This document shows, in pieces, positions 39,363 through 48,509 of a stretch of DNA of 64,000 nt (position 1 is the first letter of the stretch; the number at the start of each line of letters is the position of its first letter). Source of the DNA: a virus (Duplodnaviria; Caudoviricetes); IMG/VR virus record IMGVR_UViG_3300035390_000014, positions 32,001 to 96,000 of that record. One strand, given 5' to 3'. The notes under the pieces were generated by a model that worked only from the letters and a program-made list of their open reading frames with translations, was not told the DNA's origin and did not search any database. A program made the translations under genes and the position numbers.

Positions 39363-40369
39363 CTAATTACAAATTTTATTTGCTAAATTTCCTGTGGAAC
39401 ATTCTGTTCCGGTTTCATGTCCATATTTGTAGTGACATTTTTCACAACAAGCAATACCAAAATCAGGATCTAAAACAAAACCAGGTTCTAATTTTTGTGG
39501 GCGAGAATGATGTGCATTTGTTGCAGGTTCTCCACAATATTCACATAAATAATTAGCTCGTTTTAATACAGTTGTTCTCCAAGTTTGATATTCTTCATAT
39601 GTATATAATTTATCAATGTTTTTATTAGGATCACTTTTTAAATGAAATAGAGGACATTCTATTTTACATCCTTCTGAACAATATAAATAACACCCACCAT
39701 TCCCTTTTTCAATTTGTCTTATTCTTTCGTAAAATTGAATTCCAGTTGGTGTAAACCAACCATTTTTTTCTTTTGAATTTTGACATAAATGATTTTTACA
39801 ATGAACTTGTATTATCTTTTCATTTTCTTTACCTGGTTTATATCTCATCTTTTCAACTTTAGAAAATGTTGGATATCGTTCTTTAATTTGATTTATTGTT
39901 ATTTTTTGTGATATTCTATTTTTCTCTAAAACTTCTTTAGAATAAATATTAGTCTTTCCCTTATTCCATGGTATATTTCCAATTAAAGATTTAGATATTT
40001 TTTTCTTGTTTTATTTGTATGAGTTTTTTTATAAAAAGGATTTTTATCTCCAACCATTAATCCTTTGTGAGATATACTTAATTTTTTCCTATGTTCTTCG
40101 GAAAATATTTTACCTTTACTAGATTCTGACATCTTTTTTCTAACTTCATAAGAAAGAGTTTTTCCTTTCATTACAGAAGGTCTTCCTTTCCCAGATTCAC
40201 TCATTTTCTTCTTAGTTTCTTTGGAATGTTTATATCCTATAGATCCAGTTGCTTTTATCTTTGAATTTAGCCGACAAACTGGACATTTAGAATAATGAGA
40301 TGAACAACACCACCTACCATTCTTGAATTGATATTTTGCTTCTTTACCACAACCATATTCACATATCAT
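39363..40369 (-). mobile_element. HNH homing endonuclease with NUMOD3-like repeats, interrupted by a 1-nt frameshift near 39995-40001
   Basis: One extra A in the A7 run joins track ORFs 39983-40369 and 39363-39848 (…TRKKISKSLIGNIPWNKG…); paralogue of 33639-34694. Confidence 0.75.
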
Positions 40370-40372
40370 AAT

Positions 40373-40864
40373 TTAGACCACCAACTTCCTATTAATTTTA
40401 AATAATAAAAAAATCAAATTTTTCTTTTTCAGAATTATTAACATTATTATTATTATTATTATTACCATTTATTTCAGTATAATTTTTAATATAATTATTA
40501 ATAGTATTATTATTAACTATAGATGATGCTAAATCAGTATCAGAATTTATCATAGGAAAAATTGGTTCTTTTTGAAGTGTTTCAGATATATTTCTTAGTT
40601 TGTTAAATTTTAATAATTCTTCATGAAACCCAGGATATAATTTTTTAGCAGCTTCCTTTAAACCAGGATATGCTTCTTCATCGCTAATTTCTCCATTTTT
40701 ATATTTTTTTAATACAACACATCTATCAAATATTTTTTAATTTCTTTTTTATCACGTTTAAGTTCATAATTATCTAATAAAAAACCTTCAAGTGAATAAT
40801 TATCAGTTTCTTCTAAATATTTTTCTACACATTTTATTGCTTCTATATCTAATATTCTAGCCAT
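40373..40864 (-). pseudogene. Hypothetical gene with a 1-nt frameshift in the A6 run at 40733-40738 (error or pseudogene)
   Basis: MARILDIEAIKCVEKYLEE...KKEIKK then IFDRCVVLKKYKNGEISDEEAYPG...; one added A gives a single open frame; AGGAAG RBS. Confidence 0.6.
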
Positions 40865-40887
40865 AATTATACTTCCTTTAAGTTATT

Positions 40888-40903
40888 TTATAATATGTTA
40901 CTT
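40888..40903 (-). promoter_or_regulatory. Putative phage promoter (GTAACATATTATAA)
   Basis: Variant copy just downstream of a terminator. Confidence 0.5.
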
Positions 40904-40921
40904 ATTTACAAAAAAAATTAC

Positions 40922-40963
40922 AAAAAAAATGTAACCCCATACCAATTCAGGGGTTACATTTTT
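40922..40963 (-). terminator. Rho-independent terminator
   Basis: AATGTAACCCC/GGGGTTACATT 11-bp stem with a T-run on the minus strand. Confidence 0.85.
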
Positions 40964-40964
40964 A

Positions 40965-41036
40965 TTGAGTCTACCTAAGGTTGATCATTCCTTATCCCAA
41001 CCACGCGTCTTTAGACGATTCACCACCTCGACTCAA
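40965..41036 (-). ncRNA. Unassigned structured element (three-stem junction)
   Basis: TTGAGTC/GACTCAA closing stem enclosing CGTC-TAAA-GACG and GGTTG...CAACC hairpins; GC-rich against the background; strand assumed from context. Confidence 0.35.
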
Positions 41037-41041
41037 ATTTG

Positions 41042-41236
41042 TTACTTGAGCATCAACAATCTCCGATGCCGTTCAATCCCCTTCATCTTAAACATTGGAT
41101 CATGACTCTGTGCCCAGGCATCAAGAACTGCTTTATCAGTTGAACCAATTTTCAACATACCAAATCCACGAGCTTTTTTAGCGGATTGCCTTTTTTGGTT
41201 CGGGGTTCCTTCAACAAATTTTACACCGTCTCTCAT
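41042..41236 (-). CDS. Small basic hypothetical protein
   Basis: 64 aa ORF coupled to the upstream gene. Confidence 0.65.
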   Translation of the reverse strand: MRDGVKFVEGTPNQKRQSAKKARGFGMLKIGSTDKAVLDAWAQSHDPMFKMKGIERHRRLLMLK

Positions 41237-41619
41237 TACTTCATCTCCTTTTTAATGATTTGAATTTCAACTATCATTTCTCTCGGGTAAACATTAACAC
41301 CTTTCAATGATCTAAAAATAAATGATGCATCATTAGAACATTGAAACCATTCTAAATAATCTTCAAATGCTAAAAAACCATTATAATCTTTAGTGTCAGG
41401 TTCGACTGTTGTTATTGTAGAAGTTGTTCCTCCTATAAATGTTGTAATACATTCCCAATGATATTTCTTGGTCTTCTTTTTAATAGGTTTAACTGGCGGC
41501 ATCTTCATTGGTTTAACCGGTGGTAATATCGGTTTTGGTCTATCTGGCATTTCAATATACTTACTTAATTTACCAGTTCTAAAAAATTCAACCCAACTTG
41601 TCCTCACTTTCTTTTTCAT
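41236..41619 (-). CDS. Hypothetical protein with Pro/Lys linker
   Basis: Start revised to MKKKVRTSW (TAATG overlap, GAGG RBS). Confidence 0.7.
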   Translation of the reverse strand: MKKKVRTSWVEFFRTGKLSKYIEMPDRPKPILPPVKPMKMPPVKPIKKKTKKYHWECITTFIGGTTSTITTVEPDTKDYNGFLAFEDYLEWFQCSNDASFIFRSLKGVNVYPREMIVEIQIIKKEMK

Positions 41620-41963
41620 TATATACCTCTCACCCCAAACAAATAATTCCAGGTTAAAAACAAACAACTAAAATGAATTGCCTGATCCCAACCAATCACA
41701 ACAAAGAACCAATGAACTTCTTTCTTTTCCCACAAATAATGAGTAAGTTTGGATGATATAAAATCTACTATAAAATGTGCTCCAATTGTTATCATAGCAA
41801 ATTCTATTCCAAAGTAAAGAAATGGAATTCCATAAACACAACAATGTAACCCTAACCAAAATAAATTATTATGTTTAGATTTAGACATTTTATTTGATTG
41901 CAAAACAAAATCACCAAGAAAATGTAACCACAAAATTAAAAATATAACATTCAAAATAATCAT
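41619..41963 (-). CDS. DUF3307-like membrane protein
   Basis: HFLGDFVLQ, LHCCVY, HFIVD, DQAIH. Confidence 0.85.
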   Translation of the reverse strand: MIILNVIFLILWLHFLGDFVLQSNKMSKSKHNNLFWLGLHCCVYGIPFLYFGIEFAMITIGAHFIVDFISSKLTHYLWEKKEVHWFFVVIGWDQAIHFSCLFLTWNYLFGVRGI

Positions 41964-42136
41964 ATAAATCCTCTAACACATAAATATGGAATTCCAAAAG
42001 CAAAAAACATTGATAAAGCTAAAGCAATCCCAATTAGAATCCAAGCAATTTTCCATTTATCTTTATTCATAAAATATACAGATATAAATACCAATCCAAT
42101 AATAAAATAAGATATACAAAGAGTAATACCCATACG

Positions 42137-43369
42137 CTATCCCCAGTAATTATAAATTATAAATAATTTTTCCTTCGCTCTAGTCGCTGCAGTATATAAC
42201 CATCTTGCATAATCTTGATCTGATTGATATCGGTTTCGTTGTTCAAATAAAACAACTTTATCCCATTCAGATCCTTGACTTTTATGTACAGTTGTAGCAT
42301 AACCAAAATCAAACATATCAATGTCTTTTTGATCATACCGTTTCATGTCTTTAGAGAATGTTCTCTTAAAATCAATTTCCATCTCGTCATTGTAATTATC
42401 TTTACCAAAAGCACTTCTAATTGCAAGACTTGAATGTAAATTGTCTTCATAATCATCCATCTTCATTGTCAAATCATATAACTTTTTACTTGCTGGATAA
42501 ATCCAAACTAAGGTTCCCAACTGACCATTTTTAATCCCAGAATCATGATTATTCTTCAAACATATAACTCTTTCATCTGGGTAAGGATTAGGTAATGTAT
42601 ATCCCAATTTATCTCGAGTTTTCATATTTAAATCACACCGAGTTTTATTGAACCCACATAATTGAATAATATCTTTACCCTCTTCTGACCAATTAATTTT
42701 ATCATAGAGAGTTTTAGTTTGAGGTTTGCCCCAATCCAATTTAAAAACAGATCCATCATAAATACCAGGTCTTATATAACCATAACGTCTGATATCTATT
42801 GTCAATTGAATTATTTTACTATCAAGAGCTTGTCTATGAATTTCATGTAATTGTAGATCAGCATCTTTTAACAAATCAAATTTAGGACCAACTGGAGGTA
42901 ACTGACCATGATCACCACAAACAATAATTGGGATTCCATACCGATTTAAATCATCCCATAATTCTTTTGATACCATGCTTCCTTCATCAACAATAATCAA
43001 ATCAACATCTAATTCATCTTTCAGTGCCCACCCGGATAAAATCTTTTTACCATTTTTTCTTTTATATACCGGAGTATACAACAATCCATGTATAGTTCCA
43101 ATGTAATCATAATCTTTAGCAGAATGATTCTTTTCAAGTTTAGTAGCTAATACATGAGCTGCTTTACCAGCAAAGGCACAGAAGGCAATTTTATGGGCAC
43201 CACGTTTTCCTAAATCATGATTAAAACGAATTTTCAATGCAATCTCTGTCATGACTGTTGTCTTTCCAGTTCCAGCATATCCAACTATTCGTAATACATT
43301 TGTTTTCTTTAATCTGTACCACTCAAGTGTTTCGTTTAAAACCATTAACTGCTCTTCTGTTAATTCCAT
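42137..43369 (-). CDS. SF1B (RecD/Dda-like) DNA helicase
   Basis: GYAGTGKT, IVDEGSMV, GDHGQLPPV, GYATTVHKSQGSEW, YTAATRA. Confidence 0.93.
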   Translation of the reverse strand: MELTEEQLMVLNETLEWYRLKKTNVLRIVGYAGTGKTTVMTEIALKIRFNHDLGKRGAHKIAFCAFAGKAAHVLATKLEKNHSAKDYDYIGTIHGLLYTPVYKRKNGKKILSGWALKDELDVDLIIVDEGSMVSKELWDDLNRYGIPIIVCGDHGQLPPVGPKFDLLKDADLQLHEIHRQALDSKIIQLTIDIRRYGYIRPGIYDGSVFKLDWGKPQTKTLYDKINWSEEGKDIIQLCGFNKTRCDLNMKTRDKLGYTLPNPYPDERVICLKNNHDSGIKNGQLGTLVWIYPASKKLYDLTMKMDDYEDNLHSSLAIRSAFGKDNYNDEMEIDFKRTFSKDMKRYDQKDIDMFDFGYATTVHKSQGSEWDKVVLFEQRNRYQSDQDYARWLYTAATRAKEKLFIIYNYWG

Positions 43370-43371
43370 TA

Positions 43372-43986
43372 TTACCCCTCGTTAATAATTTTAATATCTT
43401 TAAAAACTTCAATGTTTGAATGTGAGATTTTAAATAGAGTATATTTACCAAGATATTTATAAACAGCTTTATGATAATCTGGATCTCCACCCACATAATA
43501 CTTTAAAGCTAATGTTATATCTCCATTAGACTTTTTTAATTTCGATTTTAATATTGCTATTCCCTTCTCAATATTATATGAAATATCAAAAGCTCTCTCA
43601 GGTAAAATTTCAACTCCATCTTCTAGTAATATTTGCATCAACCCTTTAGCACCAGCCTTGGATTTAGAATAAATATTCCACATAGATTCTATTTCTATGA
43701 TACCAACAATAATATCATCTGCTATATGATTTAATCTACATTGAGTTATTATTTCATAAGCAATTTTATCAGCAACTTCTGTTGGTGTAGATGTTTTTCG
43801 AGTTTTAATATATTTACTCAATAACTCTATCTCTCTATCAATCTTAATTTCTTTAACAATTTTTTCTTCAATTATTACTGTTTGAGTATTGTCAATTGAA
43901 GCATTTGTCAAATTATAAAATGCAAGTGATGCCATTATAATAATAAATGAAAACGCTCCAATCCAACCTAATTTACCCTTAAACAT
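43372..43986 (-). CDS. Lytic transglycosylase (SLT) with N-terminal membrane anchor
   Basis: IEIESMWN...SKAGAKGLMQI...NIEKG...ALKYY; hydrophobic N-terminus. Confidence 0.88.
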   Translation of the reverse strand: MFKGKLGWIGAFSFIIIMASLAFYNLTNASIDNTQTVIIEEKIVKEIKIDREIELLSKYIKTRKTSTPTEVADKIAYEIITQCRLNHIADDIIVGIIEIESMWNIYSKSKAGAKGLMQILLEDGVEILPERAFDISYNIEKGIAILKSKLKKSNGDITLALKYYVGGDPDYHKAVYKYLGKYTLFKISHSNIEVFKDIKIINEG

Positions 43987-43995
43987 TATAATCTC

Positions 43996-44175
43996 CTATT
44001 TAAAAATTAAAAAAGCTATTTTTAGAATTCCTATCACCCATGGAATAAATAATAAAAATATGAATCCTACAAAACATGAAAATAATAATCCAACCAATTT
44101 TAATTGGTCTATTCCATTTGAAGATGTATCAATTTTATTTTCTAATCCAAACCATTTTAAAACTTTTTCAATCAT
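43996..44175 (-). CDS. Small membrane protein (59 aa)
   Basis: Manual translation MIEKVLKWFGLENK...LVGLLFSCFVGFIFLLFIPWVIGILKIAFLIFK; AGGAG RBS. Confidence 0.65.
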   Translation of the reverse strand: MIEKVLKWFGLENKIDTSSNGIDQLKLVGLLFSCFVGFIFLLFIPWVIGILKIAFLIFK

Positions 44176-44190
44176 ATTAAATTCTCCTTT

Positions 44191-44206
44191 TTTAATATGT
44201 TCTATT
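44191..44206 (-). promoter_or_regulatory. Putative phage promoter (AGAACATATTAAA)
   Basis: Motif copy at the head of the minus-strand arm. Confidence 0.55.
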
Positions 44207-44242
44207 AGTACAGATTAATTTCTTATACAAATACTGGTTCTA

Positions 44243-44263
44243 TTATGTATATTAATATATATA
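44243..44263 (-). promoter_or_regulatory. 21-bp intergenic motif, copy 3
   Basis: Lies in the divergent intergenic region between the two gene arms. Confidence 0.55.
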
Positions 44264-44364
44264 GAAACTAACTTAATACTATGGGAACATTTCTTTTTTT
44301 ATTGTAACATAATTAAAAGTATTAAAAGAGTAGATTTATAGAGAATTTAGTAAAGGAGAATTGA

Positions 44365-45387
44365 ATGCAATTATTGAGTGAGAGGGGATTTAATAGGCAT
44401 ATATATCCTATAATCCCATATCGTGGAAGAGATTTAAGTAAAGAATATTATGTTAAAAAAGATCCGCAAGGAAAAATTATATTTATGGCAACTAAAGATT
44501 CCAGGTGGAATCTAAGATGTTATAAATTTATGGATTATTTATCTACATTAATTAGAAAACAATTTGATGATTGGATGGTTCAATCAAATCCTGGGTTGGG
44601 ATTAGTAACAGATTATAGAGACCCAAGGTTATCCCAATTTAGTTTATATACAAGACCTGATAATATGTATTATATATTAAAAGGAATGAAAAGTATAGGA
44701 GGAAGAGATTGGGATACATTTAATCCATATAATAAGAATATAAGAATTAATTATAAAGAAGTTGCAAAAGCTTTAAAGTGGGAAAAGAAACATGTTAAAA
44801 CTATAGTTGAAATGATTTCTAATTATAAATTTAGAACTAAATATGAATTTAAAACTGTTGATGTTGATCTTAAAACAACTCCAACCTTTAAAGCAAATTA
44901 TAATAATTTAGAATATAAAACTTTTGAAAGTATATTTAATGCTGAAATTGGTGTTACTAATAAATATAAAGATGGTGATGATCTTAGATTTTTAGATAGA
45001 GGTATAGATGATATAGATATTAATTTTCGCACAGGATTTGGAGTTTGTTTTATCCATAATATTTTTACCGGTGGTTATCAATTAATTAATGAAGATGAAC
45101 CATTATATAATTTATCTGAAAGTACTCAAATTATATATAGAGATAGATTTTTTACATTTAATAAAATGAAACATATTTATTTGAATGATGAATGGATATG
45201 TAATAAACTAGGAATAACTACCAATAATGTTACAGCTAAAAAAAATATAATTAAAAAAATTATAGATGAATTATCCAATATTGAAAAGATTAATTTTGAT
45301 AGGATATGTAATAATGGAAGTTATCAATTTTCTATTGGGAAGAAAAAGAAATCTAATGTAATTCCACTAAGACAATCAAAAGTTTAA
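44365..45387 (+). CDS. Putative replication initiator (Rep-like, two winged-helix domains)
   Basis: INYKEVAKALKW and YNLSESTQIIY...WICNKLGITT...IKKIIDEL HTH-like segments; iteron array begins at its stop codon. Confidence 0.62.
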   Translation: MQLLSERGFNRHIYPIIPYRGRDLSKEYYVKKDPQGKIIFMATKDSRWNLRCYKFMDYLSTLIRKQFDDWMVQSNPGLGLVTDYRDPRLSQFSLYTRPDNMYYILKGMKSIGGRDWDTFNPYNKNIRINYKEVAKALKWEKKHVKTIVEMISNYKFRTKYEFKTVDVDLKTTPTFKANYNNLEYKTFESIFNAEIGVTNKYKDGDDLRFLDRGIDDIDINFRTGFGVCFIHNIFTGGYQLINEDEPLYNLSESTQIIYRDRFFTFNKMKHIYLNDEWICNKLGITTNNVTAKKNIIKKIIDELSNIEKINFDRICNNGSYQFSIGKKKKSNVIPLRQSKV

Positions 45388-45509
45388 CGATATTGTAAAA
45401 AAAACTCATTTTTTTACTTTTACAATATCGTTAAAGAGTTTTTACAATATCGTTAAAGAATCTTACAATATCGTTAAATAAAATAGGCGATTTTTACAAT
45501 ATCGTTAAA
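45383..45509. repeat. Iteron-like array (TTTTACAATATCGTTAAA): four direct copies and one inverted copy; candidate replication origin
   Basis: Inverted copy 45383-45400; direct 16-bp cores at 45420, 45442, 45463, 45494 (spacing 22, 21, 31 bp); AT-rich tract follows. Confidence 0.85.
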
Positions 45510-45747
45510 TTACTATTTGAATATTAATAATGATTAGAATAGGTTATAAGGTGCTTTTTACCATTAAACCTTAAGTTAAAAACTTATAAAAGGAACTAGT
45601 TATCTATAACATTAAATTAAGAATAAAATCAATATTTAAACTACTAATGGAATGTATTTTTACTATGTACACAGACACCCCACTCTACTTACGCCTTGGG
45701 GCGACATAGAGTTCTATTCAACCGTCCTATGTCATTTAATTAAAATC

Positions 45748-45763
45748 AGGTAACATATTAAAG
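45748..45763 (+). promoter_or_regulatory. Putative phage promoter variant (GTAACATATTAAA)
   Basis: Same variant as at 40888, about 50 bp upstream of the ATG at 45811. Confidence 0.45.
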
Positions 45764-45810
45764 AGTAAGTAGAGTTTGTAGAATAACTAATAAGAAAGGA
45801 AATTTCAAAA

Positions 45811-47853
45811 ATGAATTATGAAGATTTAAAGTGGATTAACCAGTCATTGTATTCATACAAAGACAAACAGTTTGACTCGAATGGATACTTAGATATTTCA
45901 ATAAACCTTAACACAGAAGATGACATAAACTTCAGTCAACCTAAACTAGTTTTTAATCTAGATAACTTAGGACAGAGAAGAAATGTTAGATTATCATATT
46001 CAAATGTATTAGATTTATTAATGTCTTTTAATGTAGCAATGAAAAATAAAACAGAAGTATATGCAAATCCTCAACAAGGTGACATAACAAAAAGATATAA
46101 TAAAAATAAAGATTTTACCTTTGAATTTAGAGCTTTAAATTCACAACCTTTAGTGGTAATGAAAATTAAACATAATGATTCAGATGAAGGTAAAATAATT
46201 TTTCCATTAGAACCTGAGTTTATTACTATAGGTAAACTACTAAGAATATTTGAGATAGAATATTCAAATTTTGCAATAAATTTGCCTAATAGATATCTTA
46301 CTAGTCTTAGTGCCAATAGACAATTAGAAATGGTTAATTTACTTAGGGCATTACCTAGTCAATTAGTTCCTATTCAAAATGAACAATACCCAGATAGAAG
46401 AGAAGAGATAGAACCATCAATCAATTCAGCTAGCTCCACAGATATAAAATATACAGGTACGCGCTGTGCTAAGTGTGGAGAAGATCAGTTTGATACTCCA
46501 AGTGGGATAACTTGCAAGAATGGTCATGGTGGAGCAGATAGTATAGATGATGCTGCACAAGCAAATGAGTTTGAACAATTTGCTTTAGAAGAGGAGCCAA
46601 AAGTTCGTATTCCTGAGTTAGAAAGTGATGCTTTAGAACCAAGAGAAGCTATATCACAAGAGTATAAGAGTCCGTTTATTGAGCGTACATTGAAGAATAA
46701 TATCCTTAATCTACAAGAGATGTTATACGCGTTATTTACGAACCCTAACCCTTTAAGAACCATTATGGACACGATCAATGAGGGTCAAGGTTATACATTT
46801 TTACCTGGTGTAACTGAAAAAGATTTGAAGTCTATATTGTATATTTCTAATTTATATTTTAAGATGAATTTTCATAGTTATATTAAAAATCAAACTGGAT
46901 TCCCAAGTGCTATCCCTGTTGTTAAATATTTTGGTAATGATGAAGATAGAGATACGATTGAATTGAGTTATGACTTAATGATGATTAGTGCATATCTAAA
47001 ATTGTATAGAAATAGAATGGAATCTATTAACTCTGATCCTTACACTAATGGAGCATTAACACATTTCTCTTTTAGATGTTTTCTTGATGTATCAACATAT
47101 AGTTATTTAAATGGTAAAAATCCAGAAGCTATTAAAAATATAGTAGTATCAAGATTTAAATATTTTAGAGAAACTGGTTTCTTTGATAATTTTGATAAAA
47201 ATTTAGTTGGTGAAAATCAAAAACCAATCTATGAAAATGAAATTGGTGAGTTTGTTGATAAGGTATTTGATAATGTAGTTGAATCAGAAGATATTAACAT
47301 TAGACACTTTAATGCTTATGATGCAACGTCTGTGAAATTACCTCCTGATAATAATTTTAATTTAGAACAAATTACAAATGAAATAGTTAAATATGAGATA
47401 AAAAGTTTGTTTGGTCAAAGAATAGAAGATTTGTCAAATGATGAAGAAATTATTCTTTTATTTAATAAAAAGACTAGAAAAAAAATAAAACCAACTGACC
47501 ATAGACCAGAAAAAAGAAAAGTTGAAACTCATGTTTTAAGATATGTCAAATTGAAAGCTAATGAATTATCAGAAGCTAATAGACAACCTTTTATTGATTA
47601 TGTTGAAGTAATGGAAGGAGAATATAACTTTTTTAATGATCAATTTAAAATGGAAGAATTACCTGAAGTTATATTGCAAACAATTTATACATGGAATAGT
47701 TATATTCTTGAACATATGAAATATACAGATTTTGTATTAAAAGTTGAAGAATGTATAACCAAAGATTTAATTATTTCAAAGATTAAAGAATTATCTGATG
47801 AACCAGTTGAAGATGTTGGTTGGGTTGATGCACTAAGCGAAATAGAATTATAA
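45811..47853 (+). CDS. Large hypothetical protein with an internal small Cys/His motif
   Basis: 680 aa; CAKCGEDQFDTPSGITCKNGH insert; acidic C-terminus. Confidence 0.85.
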   Translation: MNYEDLKWINQSLYSYKDKQFDSNGYLDISINLNTEDDINFSQPKLVFNLDNLGQRRNVRLSYSNVLDLLMSFNVAMKNKTEVYANPQQGDITKRYNKNKDFTFEFRALNSQPLVVMKIKHNDSDEGKIIFPLEPEFITIGKLLRIFEIEYSNFAINLPNRYLTSLSANRQLEMVNLLRALPSQLVPIQNEQYPDRREEIEPSINSASSTDIKYTGTRCAKCGEDQFDTPSGITCKNGHGGADSIDDAAQANEFEQFALEEEPKVRIPELESDALEPREAISQEYKSPFIERTLKNNILNLQEMLYALFTNPNPLRTIMDTINEGQGYTFLPGVTEKDLKSILYISNLYFKMNFHSYIKNQTGFPSAIPVVKYFGNDEDRDTIELSYDLMMISAYLKLYRNRMESINSDPYTNGALTHFSFRCFLDVSTYSYLNGKNPEAIKNIVVSRFKYFRETGFFDNFDKNLVGENQKPIYENEIGEFVDKVFDNVVESEDINIRHFNAYDATSVKLPPDNNFNLEQITNEIVKYEIKSLFGQRIEDLSNDEEIILLFNKKTRKKIKPTDHRPEKRKVETHVLRYVKLKANELSEANRQPFIDYVEVMEGEYNFFNDQFKMEELPEVILQTIYTWNSYILEHMKYTDFVLKVEECITKDLIISKIKELSDEPVEDVGWVDALSEIEL

Positions 47854-47870
47854 AAGAAAGGAAAATTAAA

Positions 47871-48494
47871 ATGTCATTATCACTTGGAAAATTGTTCGAC
47901 AGAAACTATACTATGAGAATTCCATTTCTAGATGGATACTACAACATTGGAACATTTTTTAATAAAAGATCAACAAGTCTCTTATTCAGTGTTGAACCTG
48001 AGTTTGTTAATAGTAATACCAAACATGGTATCAAAATTAATATGTTTAAGAATTTAAAATCATCTAAATTTACTGAAACATTTTTAAATCTTCATAATTT
48101 TAGAAAGAATACTTTAGATATTATGAATCAATTCGAGAATATTAAAGATGATTATTCATATGAAATTGGATTTATTTTAAATGAAACATTGAAACTATCT
48201 AAGGTTGAAATAAATGGAAAATATCTATATGATGTTTTAAATTTATATGGATTTACAATGACCTCATATGATAGTGAGTTTGTTTTCATTATTGCTGAAA
48301 GACAAAATATACTTAAAAAACTTGGAAAGAAAATGGTTCGTACTACTGGAATCCAAATAAGTACTAGTAATGCTTTGGGTCTTTTAGATGAATTTCATAA
48401 AGAATCCAGGGAGTGTGGTAGAGAAGGGTTACAACCAAAACTAATAATTCCATCTGATGAAAAGGAAATAATCTCATTAGATGATATAGATTAA
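47871..48494 (+). CDS. Hypothetical protein
   Basis: 207 aa ORF with AAGGA RBS. Confidence 0.8.
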   Translation: MSLSLGKLFDRNYTMRIPFLDGYYNIGTFFNKRSTSLLFSVEPEFVNSNTKHGIKINMFKNLKSSKFTETFLNLHNFRKNTLDIMNQFENIKDDYSYEIGFILNETLKLSKVEINGKYLYDVLNLYGFTMTSYDSEFVFIIAERQNILKKLGKKMVRTTGIQISTSNALGLLDEFHKESRECGREGLQPKLIIPSDEKEIISLDDID

Positions 48495-48509
48495 ATCGGG
48501 GATAAATAT

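Noticed and set aside
40430-40515. AAT trinucleotide run as a functional tandem repeat
   Set aside because: It encodes a poly-Asn low-complexity stretch within the frameshifted 40373-40864 gene.
40965-41036. tRNA or tRNA-Sec
   Set aside because: No T-loop GTTCRA, no anticodon arm with TCA, no CCA end. No tRNA gene was recognised anywhere in the window.
45595-45612. DnaA box near the iterons
   Set aside because: The best match, TTATCTATA, has two mismatches to TTATCCACA, which is expected by chance in AT-rich DNA.
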